Shown here piece by piece: positions 9,810 through 18,108 of a stretch of 64,000 bases of DNA. This DNA comes from Methanomassiliicoccales archaeon (GTDB lineage: Archaea; Thermoplasmatota; Thermoplasmata; Methanomassiliicoccales; UBA472): contig JAVBWG010000008.1 in assembly GCA_036677555.1 (NCBI GenBank), positions 5,453 to 69,452 on the forward strand, in the 5' to 3' direction. A program made the translations under genes and the position numbers. The stretch's first letter is position 1. Each line of letters starts with the position of its first letter. Under the pieces are notes generated by a model. It made no database searches and was not told the origin of the DNA. It saw only the letters and a list, made by a program, of their open reading frames with translations.

Positions 9810-11081
9810 TCAGTTCTCCTTTCCGCAGCGGGAGCAGATGAACTTCCCATCTACGAACCTCGCCTCCGTTCCTGCGCAATGTCTACATACAAACCCGAAG
9901 GTGGGCGCGGCCGACGGGGCGCCGTAGGGCACGTACTCGGCCCGGGGGGAGAGCGGCCGGTAGTACGCGCTCACCGGGCGGGCGTCGCCCCATCTCAGGA
10001 CCTGCCTGCCGCTGAACAGCTCCAAGGCCCGGATGGCGTAGTACACCAGATACACCGCCCCCATGGCCATGAAGGCCAGAAGCAGCAGTCCCATGACCAT
10101 GTCCGTCCCGTCGCCAGGCCAGACGTCCATGGGGAAGCTGAGGTAGTCTATGAAGAAGTGCAGCATGACGCTTGCGTAAACGCCGTACTTCAGGAACAGG
10201 TAGCCCAAGGCCAGCCCGGCCAGGAAGGTCGGCGGCACCTTGTAAAGGTCCCAGCTGAACACATGCGCCAAGGAGAATATGGCGGACGAGAACACCAGGA
10301 AGAACTTTTCCCAGAAACCGAACTGGAAGTGCCCTCCGAAAATGTAACGGCGGTACGGCGCCCCCTCTCCCTTGAGCAGATACACCGCTCCCAGGGGCAG
10401 CCCTATGTAGAGGATGCGGCAGATGACCTCCTCCCAGACCGAGGCCCGCAGCAGCGACCACAGCTTCTCCCAAAGCTCTCCGGTCGAACCGCCGGAGGAG
10501 GGGTCGATGCCAAAGAAGCCGAGGAGAAGATAGTAGGCGGCGTTCATGGCCAGGACGGCCAGGAATATGGTCGAAACGGCATAGAGGGGGGAGTGCTCGG
10601 TCTGTTTGAACGTCAGCTCCTTCAGGATGCGCTTCCCACTCAGGCAGACCATCACCGCGTAGGAGAGCAGGACGGCCGCGACCAGCAGTATGTAGTAGCC
10701 GACGAACCACGCCCCCGGCAGTCCCACGATCTTGACTATCCAGGGAAGGACCACGAACAGAGCCGTTCCCGACTCCCAGGCCTCGGGTATCACAAACTGC
10801 ATGCCCCAGACCATGATCCCCACGTTTATAGTGACCAGGACCAGGACCACAAGCGTCATGTAGGCCCCGATCCCCCGCAGCATCTCGCGGGCCGACTGCA
10901 GGCTGCTCTTCTGCCTCACCGGGCGGGGAGGGGGGGCGTAGAATGCGTACTGACGCGCCACATCGTCCGTCGCGTTCAGGGGAAGGCCGCATCTTGAGCA
11001 GAAAGCGGCGTCTCCAAGCACTTCGGCCGCGCATCGCGGGCAGACACGCTTCGGAGCCTCTCCGTCCATGCTGCCTTTCAT
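9810..11081 (-). CDS. CPBP-family intramembrane metalloprotease with zinc ribbons at both termini
   Basis: CPBP motifs EEVICR (EExxxR), FSLAH (FxxxH), HFFID (HxxxD) in a polytopic core. N-terminal CPRC...CSRCG and C-terminal CRHC...CSRCG ribbons. Confidence 0.7.
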   Translation of the reverse strand: MKGSMDGEAPKRVCPRCAAEVLGDAAFCSRCGLPLNATDDVARQYAFYAPPPRPVRQKSSLQSAREMLRGIGAYMTLVVLVLVTINVGIMVWGMQFVIPEAWESGTALFVVLPWIVKIVGLPGAWFVGYYILLVAAVLLSYAVMVCLSGKRILKELTFKQTEHSPLYAVSTIFLAVLAMNAAYYLLLGFFGIDPSSGGSTGELWEKLWSLLRASVWEEVICRILYIGLPLGAVYLLKGEGAPYRRYIFGGHFQFGFWEKFFLVFSSAIFSLAHVFSWDLYKVPPTFLAGLALGYLFLKYGVYASVMLHFFIDYLSFPMDVWPGDGTDMVMGLLLLAFMAMGAVYLVYYAIRALELFSGRQVLRWGDARPVSAYYRPLSPRAEYVPYGAPSAAPTFGFVCRHCAGTEARFVDGKFICSRCGKEN

Positions 11082-11192
11082 CCCGGCCTTTCTATTTTTA
11101 ACTGTCGATGTTGGTGCCTGAAAGCGTCACCGATACCATCAATTCGGACATATGGATAAAAGTGCCAGCATCATATATCCATAAGGCAAACC

Positions 11193-11202
11193 TTTATAAT
11201 TT
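11193..11202 (+). promoter_or_regulatory. TATA-box candidate for the 11243 gene
   Basis: TTTATAATTT preceded by A-rich BRE-like AAGGCAAACC, ~45 nt upstream of ATG 11243, which has SD AAGGGAGG. Confidence 0.45.
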
Positions 11203-11242
11203 TACCGATTGTTGCATACCCACTAAAAGGGAGGCAACCGCA

Positions 11243-11494
11243 ATGGATGACGATGCGCCGGGAAAGAACGTGGATTTTGTGACACTGAGCGCCGAGAAGA
11301 TACCTTTCGGCCGCAACAACTTCATCGAGGTGGCGCGGAAGAAGGCCATCACCAAGGAGGGGGAGAACGAGTTCATCTCCCTGTCCCGGGGCTATTACCT
11401 TCCGGACGGCACCGAGCGGTTCAAGAAGTCCGTGACGATACCGGACGACCCCAAGATAAAGGACTTCGTGATCGACAAGATCCGCTCGATGTGA
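11243..11494 (+). CDS. Small hypothetical protein (83 aa), possibly PC4/YdbC-like fold
   Basis: Trimmed from 11108 to the ATG with strong SD (AAGGGAGG). Pattern FGRNNFIEVARKK...ISLSRGYYLPDGTERFKKSVTIP loosely resembles PC4-like ssDNA-binding proteins (weak). Confidence 0.55.
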   Translation: MDDDAPGKNVDFVTLSAEKIPFGRNNFIEVARKKAITKEGENEFISLSRGYYLPDGTERFKKSVTIPDDPKIKDFVIDKIRSM

Positions 11495-11498
11495 TCCC

Positions 11499-12017
11499 TC
11501 ACCTTTTTTCCACGAGCAGCTCCAGATAGGAGCGCCGCTCGTTCCCTGTCAGCCCTAGCTCTTTCTTGAGCCCCATCACCAGGGCCTTCCCCTCCTCCAG
11601 GTCCGCCCCCTGGTACTCAAGCTCCACATAGCCCCCCAGCCCCTCCACCCGGTCAAGGCAGACGTGCACGCTTCCCATCTCGTAGACCGTCCGGCGCTTG
11701 GTGACCGTCAGGAATGGCTGGAAGCCCACGCGCTTCAGCAGATTCGACATCAGCTCCAGGTCCTGCACCTCCAGCTCGATCTCCTCCCGCATCTTCGTCT
11801 CCAGGTCGAGCTTCGGCCCCTTGTAGGTCATGCGGGAACGGCCGTTCTCTCGCCTCAGACGCAGGGCCTCGTCGGTGAGGCCGAAGTCCCTGGACGGGTG
11901 GGAAAAGTAGACGTCCGCCTGCTCCAGCTCCTCCACATGTCTCGCCCCCAGGCCGCGGAGGCGGTCCTCCAGGGCAGCGAGGTCCGGACAGGGCGCCTTA
12001 ACCTCCAGCTCGATCAT
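11499..12017 (-). CDS. CYTH-domain protein (class IV adenylate cyclase / triphosphate tunnel metalloenzyme)
   Basis: Trimmed from 12170 to ATG 12017, giving MIELEVK (ExExK signature). 172 aa with conserved LRLR, TYKGP, ELE motifs. Confidence 0.8.
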   Translation of the reverse strand: MIELEVKAPCPDLAALEDRLRGLGARHVEELEQADVYFSHPSRDFGLTDEALRLRRENGRSRMTYKGPKLDLETKMREEIELEVQDLELMSNLLKRVGFQPFLTVTKRRTVYEMGSVHVCLDRVEGLGGYVELEYQGADLEEGKALVMGLKKELGLTGNERRSYLELLVEKR

Positions 12018-12040
12018 GGAATTCGCTACTGAACGATGCA

Positions 12041-12050
12041 ATATATAAAT
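12041..12050. promoter_or_regulatory. TATA-like element in the 62-bp divergent CYTH / cobO intergenic region
   Basis: ATATATAAAT at 12041-12050, ~30 nt upstream of cobO ATG 12080; followed by repeat GAACCGATTGTTGAACCGAT. Confidence 0.4.
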
Positions 12051-12079
12051 TCCTGGAACCGATTGTTGAACCGATCGAT

Positions 12080-12607
12080 ATGGCCGGGAACGATCTGGGT
12101 CTGTTGCACATATATACGGGCGAAGGCAAGGGCAAGACCACTGCCGCCCTCGGGCTGGCCCTTCGGGCATGGGGGCACGGTCTGAGGATATGCGTCATCC
12201 AGTTCATGAAGCGGGGCGAGGACTACGGGGAGGTCAAGGCGCTGAGGAAGATGGGGGTGGAGGTCTTCCAGTTCGGCTCCGGCAAGCTGATCGTCAAGGG
12301 AAGGCATTGCCAGGACGACCTGGACTGCGCCGCTCGTGCCTTGGACCTATCCCGTTCGATCATGGCCTCGGGGGAGTTCGACGTCGTCATCCTGGACGAG
12401 GTGAACGTGGCCGTCTCCTTCGACCTCGTCCGATGCCATGATGTTCTGGAGGCGCTCAGGTGCAGGGCTCCAGGGGTGGAGGTCATATGCACCGGCCGCA
12501 ACGCCCCCGAGGAGCTGAAGGAGGAGGCCGACCTAGTGACGGTCATGACCCTGGAGAAGCACCCATACGATGGGGGGCTCAATGCGAGAAAAGGCATTGA
12601 ATATTGA
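12080..12607 (+). CDS. cobO: Cob(I)yrinic acid a,c-diamide (corrinoid) adenosyltransferase
   Basis: 175 aa. GLLHIYTGEGKGKTTAALGLALRAWGHG...VIQFMK and ILDE motifs of the CobA/CobO/BtuR family. Confidence 0.85.
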   Translation: MAGNDLGLLHIYTGEGKGKTTAALGLALRAWGHGLRICVIQFMKRGEDYGEVKALRKMGVEVFQFGSGKLIVKGRHCQDDLDCAARALDLSRSIMASGEFDVVILDEVNVAVSFDLVRCHDVLEALRCRAPGVEVICTGRNAPEELKEEADLVTVMTLEKHPYDGGLNARKGIEY

Positions 12608-12695
12608 CCCCTATTATATAATCCAGGCAAACATTAAATAGCATCCTGTTGCATAGATTATGTTCTAGAGCGGTAGCTTTAGCGAGGGAAGTGAC

Positions 12696-15600
12696 ATGGT
12701 CCGATTCAAGAAGCAGCTCAGGAGATGCCGCAGGGCAGTGTCCGACATAATCGGCAACCTGCTCATCCTGGCGATCACGGTGACGTTGTTCTCCAGCATC
12801 ATGTTCTATGTGGCCACCATCCCATCCCCGGAGGAGCAGACCTATGCGGAGGTCACGTACGACCTGGGCGATGTGGTGGACGGTTCCCGATGGATATATC
12901 TGACCCATAAGGGCGGGCAGGAACTGATCAACGGCAGCACCAACATCTACATCTTCAAGTACGGCAGCGAGCTCATTTCCCTCAAGCTCAAGGACGGCAC
13001 CCTCACCGGACAGGACAAGGAGAAGTGGAGTCCCGGTGAAGTATGGCAGTACAAGCTGGACGGCGTAAGCGGCGACACCCCGCTCAGCGTGACGATTATT
13101 GACACCAGGTACGACACCAAGGTCTGGGAGGCCGAAATGGTCGGCGGGCAGGTCACCGGCGATTACGCGCCGGTGATAACCACCCGCGGCACCATGCCGT
13201 CCATCATCATCGACGGTTCCCCGTTCCGCTTCTATGCCAGCGTCTCAGATTTCAATGGCGACCTAGACACCAGCAGCGTCTATGTCGATGCCACATCCCT
13301 GGGGATAACGCCGGCCCTTGTGCAGCTCACTGACACCGACGGCGACGGTGTTTACATAAGCAACCAGCTCACCGGAAGCAAGGACTTCGACAACAAGGAG
13401 GTCATGGTCAAGGCCAAGGACCTCACCAACAAGGCAGCATCTTCCAGGTTCACCCTCATCGCCCAGCAGGACCTGACGGGCGGAGGCGGGTCCAACGAGA
13501 CCAACATCGGCCCCTTCACGGGGTTCGAGAGCTATCTCGTGAACGGCACCTACCCTCCCAACGCCAGCGGAGGACAGAGCGGGAACACCCAGGGAACGAC
13601 CTTCTACTTCATCCGGAGGGCTTCCGACAAGAACATCACCAGGTTGTTCGAGCCCGGCGAGGCGCTGTATGTCGAGATATACAGCAACAAGCTGACCAAC
13701 CTGGCTCTGGAGAACTCCTTCTCCCTGTTCAACCCCACCACCGGAAGCCTGCTGACGCCCCCCACCAAGCTGGTGAACGCGTTCCAGTACGGGGGGATAT
13801 ACGCCACCTTCCATCGTTATTACATCAACCTGACGGCCCCCTCTCAGCCATTGTACTTCCCCCTGCAGATATCCCTCAGGGACAACACCGGTACGGTGGT
13901 CAACATCGCCGATAGCATATCGGTCGTCGGGGCCAACTATCCGATCATCAAGACGTACAAGCTCAACAGCGCCACCAGCCAGCTGGAGCTGTGCAACTCC
14001 TTCAACCACACCGACACGGTCTACCTAAAGGTGTTCACCAAGGATGTGGATTCGGCGATCACCACCGTGGTGATCAACGACATGCAGATCAACGACTATT
14101 CGGGCAAGTATGTCGTGAAACAGACCATGCCCGCGCCGACGACGTGGACCTCTGGGACACAGCCGGCCCTGACCAAGAACGCACCGTTATCCCAGATATA
14201 TAAGACGTCAAAGACAGGCACCAGCCCGAACCGCGTGTACGACAACGTGGTGCTCAACGCCGCCTACACGGTCCAGATCGATCTGCTCAGGCCGAACTAC
14301 GGCTGGTGGTTGCCTGGGAAGAACTCCTACACCCTGTACATCCCGGTCCTGACCGATTCCGGAAGCTACGGGACCGGCGAAACATACTACAACATGAACT
14401 ACCAGTTCAACGTGACCGCGCCCCGGAGCACCACCGACCTGGTGGCCAGCATAGGTTCCGGGTCCTTCACCTGGAGCGCCTCCGGCGCCGCATGGGAGGA
14501 CAACAAGCTGGTGTGGTACAAGAACGGAGAGAGGTTCGACCAGTGGGACGCCACGATCATCGACGACGATACCTACGATGGTCCGATAGGCATGGAGCTG
14601 GCTGACCTGGACAATGATGGCTACAAGGACCTCATCGTAGGCTTCCAGGATTCCACAGTGTCCATCGCCTGGTATCGTAACCAGAAGATAGATGGTAGCA
14701 CATGGTCCACTCTGCCGTACATCATTTCTCCAGCGTTTGATGCATTGGCCAATACACAGGCCGCAGGAGGAAACAACAAAGGAACAGCCAATGAAGACGT
14801 ATCGGTATGGTCGAATGTGGACAATTGGGCTCGAGATCCAGAGTTTATCACTTCTTACGACGGGAACAGTTATGTGTCGCCGAACGAACTGGTAGGTGCT
14901 ATCAAGTCCGGTGATTTCGATGGAGATGGAGATCTGGATGTGGTCGCCGCATTCATGCACACCGTTGTTTTCACCACAGCCACTTCGGATTCAAATGCCA
15001 ACCCATCAAATACCCAAGGGATGTTCTTCAACCGTGGGATTTACATATTCTGGAACGACGGTAGCTGGACAAAGACCCAGTTATACGACACCAGCACCTA
15101 TACCAATCAGGATAACAACCCTGCAGCTCTAGACATTGCCGTCGCAGACCTGAACCAGGATGGTGTTGATGATATCGTTGCAGTGTACGAAACGGGAGTG
15201 ACAAAGATCTGGATGAACCAGTGGAAGCAGGTTATTGGTATTTCATCCAACCCCAAGGTGGACGCCTTTGGCTCCGGCTCCCTGGTGCCGCCGGGGAACG
15301 TGCCATCGGTCACCGGGACAAATCCCTGGGACCATGCTCAAAGGAGCCCGTCAGTCGTCATCGCCGACGTTGATCTCAATGGCTATCCAGACATAATCAG
15401 GACCAGTTCCACCGTCTCGGGCAGCTCCAGGACGGTCACGGTGATAAGGACCATGTCCTCCACCCCGACCGACCTGCTGAGGTCGCCCAGCGCGGAATAC
15501 AGTCCTGCGGCCGAGACCAGCGCGCAGATCACCGGTTCGATGGCCAATCTGGTGGCCAACGATGGGACGTTCGAGACGCTGACCGAGGTCTACAAGAACA

Positions 15601-16928
15601 CCGGGGTCATCCTGGGCATTCCAGACCAGAAGCAGGTGTCTCTGCCGAACATCGACGACACCGGACAGGACCTGAACAATCTGAAGTACGATGATGGAGT
15701 GACGTACAACATCGGCTCTTTGCAGACCATGCATGTGCGGAGCTTCGCCATGGACAATACATACTCGAGCAAGCCCCTGACACAGGTGCTTCTGCATGTC
15801 GATTACTCCTCCACGGCGAACTACAACGGCAACAGATACCTCCAGTATTCACTGGACGGCACGAATTTCGTGAACACCACCTTCCTGCCGACCGGCTCAA
15901 CCCTGGGGGTAAACGGAACATTCGACCTCTTGGCCGCGGGCATTGATACCTGGGCGGAGTTGCAGAACCTGAGGGTGCTGTTCGTTCACAACGGTCTTGA
16001 CGGCACTGTGCAGTTCGACTACATACGCCTGGAGGTAAAGTTCGCAGAGAGCCGTTGGATGGAATGGCAATATGAGGTTCCAAACCTGCCTACGCAGCTG
16101 ACGCACCAGCTGGGGGTTTCCGCCTACACAACCGGAGAGACCTTCAAGGTGCAGTACTCCACCGATGGGACCATCTGGTACGATGCGTTCTCATTCAACG
16201 AGACCGTCAAGACGCTGAAGCAGATCCAGCTGCCCCACACCACCAACTCGGAGTACTTCATCAAGATCATCGCCGCGGACTCGTCGACGAGCGACATGAT
16301 CAACGACACCATGTATGTGGACCTCATAGGGATCAGGCACATATCCCCGACAGTGCACTGGCCATCATCCGACCTCCGGACCGTCAGCTTCACCATGCAG
16401 AACAATGGCGAATACATAACGGCCCTGGCCGTGGCCGATGTCGGCTCCTCGCTGAACAACCTGCCGGACAACTATCCCGACATAATCGTCGGGACATCGT
16501 ACGTAGGCAGCGGGTCCGTGTCCCACACCCTGCTGCTGTCATACGGCAATGGCAATTCCTTCAGCGCCCCGCAGGCCATAACCACTGCCGGTCTCTCGGC
16601 TGCGGTGGGGAGCGGCAACACACTGTACAACACCCAGGCCATAACCGTAGGGGACTTCAACGGCGACGGATACAAGGACCTGGCCGTGGTCATCGGATAC
16701 GCCCCTGGTCAAAGTGGTGGCACTGCCCCGACGATATGGCTATACCGCAACGACCCCTCCGTGGGGCAATGGGGTGAGCAGGTGCTGAACGCCCTGGCGG
16801 CCGGCGAATCGGCCATCAACGTTCAGGCGGGGAACGTGGACCTGACCATACTGTATCCCCTGCTGGGAGTGCTGGGCCTGGTGGCCGTGGAGGGATGGAT
16901 GAGCCGCACACGGCGTAAGAGGGAGTGA
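12696..16928 (+). CDS. Very large surface protein: archaeal pilin-type signal/DUF1628-like N-terminus, FG-GAP/VCBS repeats, C-terminal TM anchor
   Basis: N-terminus KKQLRRCRRAVSDIIGNLLILAITVTLFSSIMFYV. Repeats ADLDNDGYKDLIVG, GDFDGDGDLDVV, ADLNQDGVDDIVAV, ADVDLNGYPDIIR, GDFNGDGYKDLAVV. Many N-x-S/T sequons. C-terminus LYPLLGVLGLVAVEGWMSRTRRKRE. Confidence 0.85.
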   Translation: MVRFKKQLRRCRRAVSDIIGNLLILAITVTLFSSIMFYVATIPSPEEQTYAEVTYDLGDVVDGSRWIYLTHKGGQELINGSTNIYIFKYGSELISLKLKDGTLTGQDKEKWSPGEVWQYKLDGVSGDTPLSVTIIDTRYDTKVWEAEMVGGQVTGDYAPVITTRGTMPSIIIDGSPFRFYASVSDFNGDLDTSSVYVDATSLGITPALVQLTDTDGDGVYISNQLTGSKDFDNKEVMVKAKDLTNKAASSRFTLIAQQDLTGGGGSNETNIGPFTGFESYLVNGTYPPNASGGQSGNTQGTTFYFIRRASDKNITRLFEPGEALYVEIYSNKLTNLALENSFSLFNPTTGSLLTPPTKLVNAFQYGGIYATFHRYYINLTAPSQPLYFPLQISLRDNTGTVVNIADSISVVGANYPIIKTYKLNSATSQLELCNSFNHTDTVYLKVFTKDVDSAITTVVINDMQINDYSGKYVVKQTMPAPTTWTSGTQPALTKNAPLSQIYKTSKTGTSPNRVYDNVVLNAAYTVQIDLLRPNYGWWLPGKNSYTLYIPVLTDSGSYGTGETYYNMNYQFNVTAPRSTTDLVASIGSGSFTWSASGAAWEDNKLVWYKNGERFDQWDATIIDDDTYDGPIGMELADLDNDGYKDLIVGFQDSTVSIAWYRNQKIDGSTWSTLPYIISPAFDALANTQAAGGNNKGTANEDVSVWSNVDNWARDPEFITSYDGNSYVSPNELVGAIKSGDFDGDGDLDVVAAFMHTVVFTTATSDSNANPSNTQGMFFNRGIYIFWNDGSWTKTQLYDTSTYTNQDNNPAALDIAVADLNQDGVDDIVAVYETGVTKIWMNQWKQVIGISSNPKVDAFGSGSLVPPGNVPSVTGTNPWDHAQRSPSVVIADVDLNGYPDIIRTSSTVSGSSRTVTVIRTMSSTPTDLLRSPSAEYSPAAETSAQITGSMANLVANDGTFETLTEVYKNTGVILGIPDQKQVSLPNIDDTGQDLNNLKYDDGVTYNIGSLQTMHVRSFAMDNTYSSKPLTQVLLHVDYSSTANYNGNRYLQYSLDGTNFVNTTFLPTGSTLGVNGTFDLLAAGIDTWAELQNLRVLFVHNGLDGTVQFDYIRLEVKFAESRWMEWQYEVPNLPTQLTHQLGVSAYTTGETFKVQYSTDGTIWYDAFSFNETVKTLKQIQLPHTTNSEYFIKIIAADSSTSDMINDTMYVDLIGIRHISPTVHWPSSDLRTVSFTMQNNGEYITALAVADVGSSLNNLPDNYPDIIVGTSYVGSGSVSHTLLLSYGNGNSFSAPQAITTAGLSAAVGSGNTLYNTQAITVGDFNGDGYKDLAVVIGYAPGQSGGTAPTIWLYRNDPSVGQWGEQVLNALAAGESAINVQAGNVDLTILYPLLGVLGLVAVEGWMSRTRRKRE

Positions 16929-16941
16929 CGGCGGGCTGACG

Positions 16942-18108
16942 TTGTACGATGTGGCCATCTCCGGCGGGGGGCCCGCAGGGTCCTACTGCGCCTACCGCTG
17001 CGCCCAGGCCGGCCTGTCCACGGTCCTGCTGGAGCGTCAGCTCCCTCCCTGGACCAAGACTTGCGCCGGCGGGGTGCTGATGCGTGCGGCGGCCCGTCTG
17101 GACTTCCCCATCCCCGATTCCATCGTGGAGAAGGAGGTGAAGGGCTTCCATGTGGTGGGAAGCGACTTTCGGGAGAGGTTCCGCTTCGATCGCTGCCTCA
17201 CATACACCGTGGACCGGACCGGCTTCGACATGCACCTGCTGAGAATGGCCGAGAAGGCGGGCGCGGAGATTAGATGCGGCCGTTCCGTCGACTCTGTCAA
17301 GGGATCGGGGACGGTCGAACTCAGCACCTGCCAGGAAACGATCACCGCCAAGTGTGCGGTCATCGCCGAGGGGGTGGGGAGCCGGAACGCCAGGCGCCTG
17401 TTCGGTCCGCCTCCCCGCGGCGGGATGGCCATGGGGCTGCGTTCGGTGGACATCACCGCCGAGGACCCCGGGGACGAGATAGAGGTCTTCCTGCTGGACA
17501 CGCCGACCAAGCGCCTGGAGAGGTACCCCATGTTCCCGCTGATGGGCTGGATGTTCCCCTATCGCGGCCGGGCGAACTTCGGCGTCGGCGGCCACGGTTA
17601 TGGAAAGGCCCGGCTGCTGGCCGGAATGGAGGAGGTCTGGGATACAAGCCTGGCCAAGGCCGCGGAGAGGGGAAGACCTTCCGCGCACCCCATCCCCATT
17701 CTTCCCCGTGACCGGCTCTCCACGTCCAGAACGATGCTGGTGGGCGACGCTGCCGGGCTTGTCTCCCCGATGAGCGGCGAGGGCCTATCGCACGGGCTGG
17801 CCAGCGCCATACTGGCCAGCGATTCGGCCACGGCTTTTATGAACGGAGATGCCGGCGCCCTGCGCGGCTATGAGAGGCGGGTGAAGGACACCGTTGTCAG
17901 GGACATAAGGGCGGCCACAGCGATATCCCCGGTCCTGCACTGGCTCCTGGGGGTGGTGGACACCAAAGCCTTCTTCCGCACCGTCCGCCAGGAAACCCAG
18001 TATGTGGATGCCTGGACCAGGATGGCCCTGGGACAGGAGACCTGGCAGCGGCTGCTCATGATGACCATACCGCGCTTCCACCGCCTGTTCTTCCGCTCCC
18101 TGGTCTAG
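16942..18108 (+). CDS. Geranylgeranyl reductase family FAD-dependent oxidoreductase
   Basis: TTG start 13 nt after the giant gene. YDVAISGGGPAGSYCA dinucleotide-binding motif, later VGDAAGLVSPMSGEGL motif; 388 aa. Confidence 0.8.
   Translation: MYDVAISGGGPAGSYCAYRCAQAGLSTVLLERQLPPWTKTCAGGVLMRAAARLDFPIPDSIVEKEVKGFHVVGSDFRERFRFDRCLTYTVDRTGFDMHLLRMAEKAGAEIRCGRSVDSVKGSGTVELSTCQETITAKCAVIAEGVGSRNARRLFGPPPRGGMAMGLRSVDITAEDPGDEIEVFLLDTPTKRLERYPMFPLMGWMFPYRGRANFGVGGHGYGKARLLAGMEEVWDTSLAKAAERGRPSAHPIPILPRDRLSTSRTMLVGDAAGLVSPMSGEGLSHGLASAILASDSATAFMNGDAGALRGYERRVKDTVVRDIRAATAISPVLHWLLGVVDTKAFFRTVRQETQYVDAWTRMALGQETWQRLLMMTIPRFHRLFFRSLV

Noticed and set aside
9879-11034. 372-aa (+) and 383-aa (-) ORFs overlapping the CPBP protease gene
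   Set aside because: Only the 9810-11081 frame yields TM helices, CPBP motifs and zinc ribbons. The others are Arg/Gly/Pro/His-rich shadows.
18105-18108. Possible UAG recoding (pyrrolysine) at TAG stops (carbonic anhydrase 6541, GGR 18108, UbiA 18105, endA 26767)
   Set aside because: In each case the protein ends where the family normally ends. The downstream in-frame sequence is short or runs into the convergent gene. No methylamine methyltransferase genes are present.
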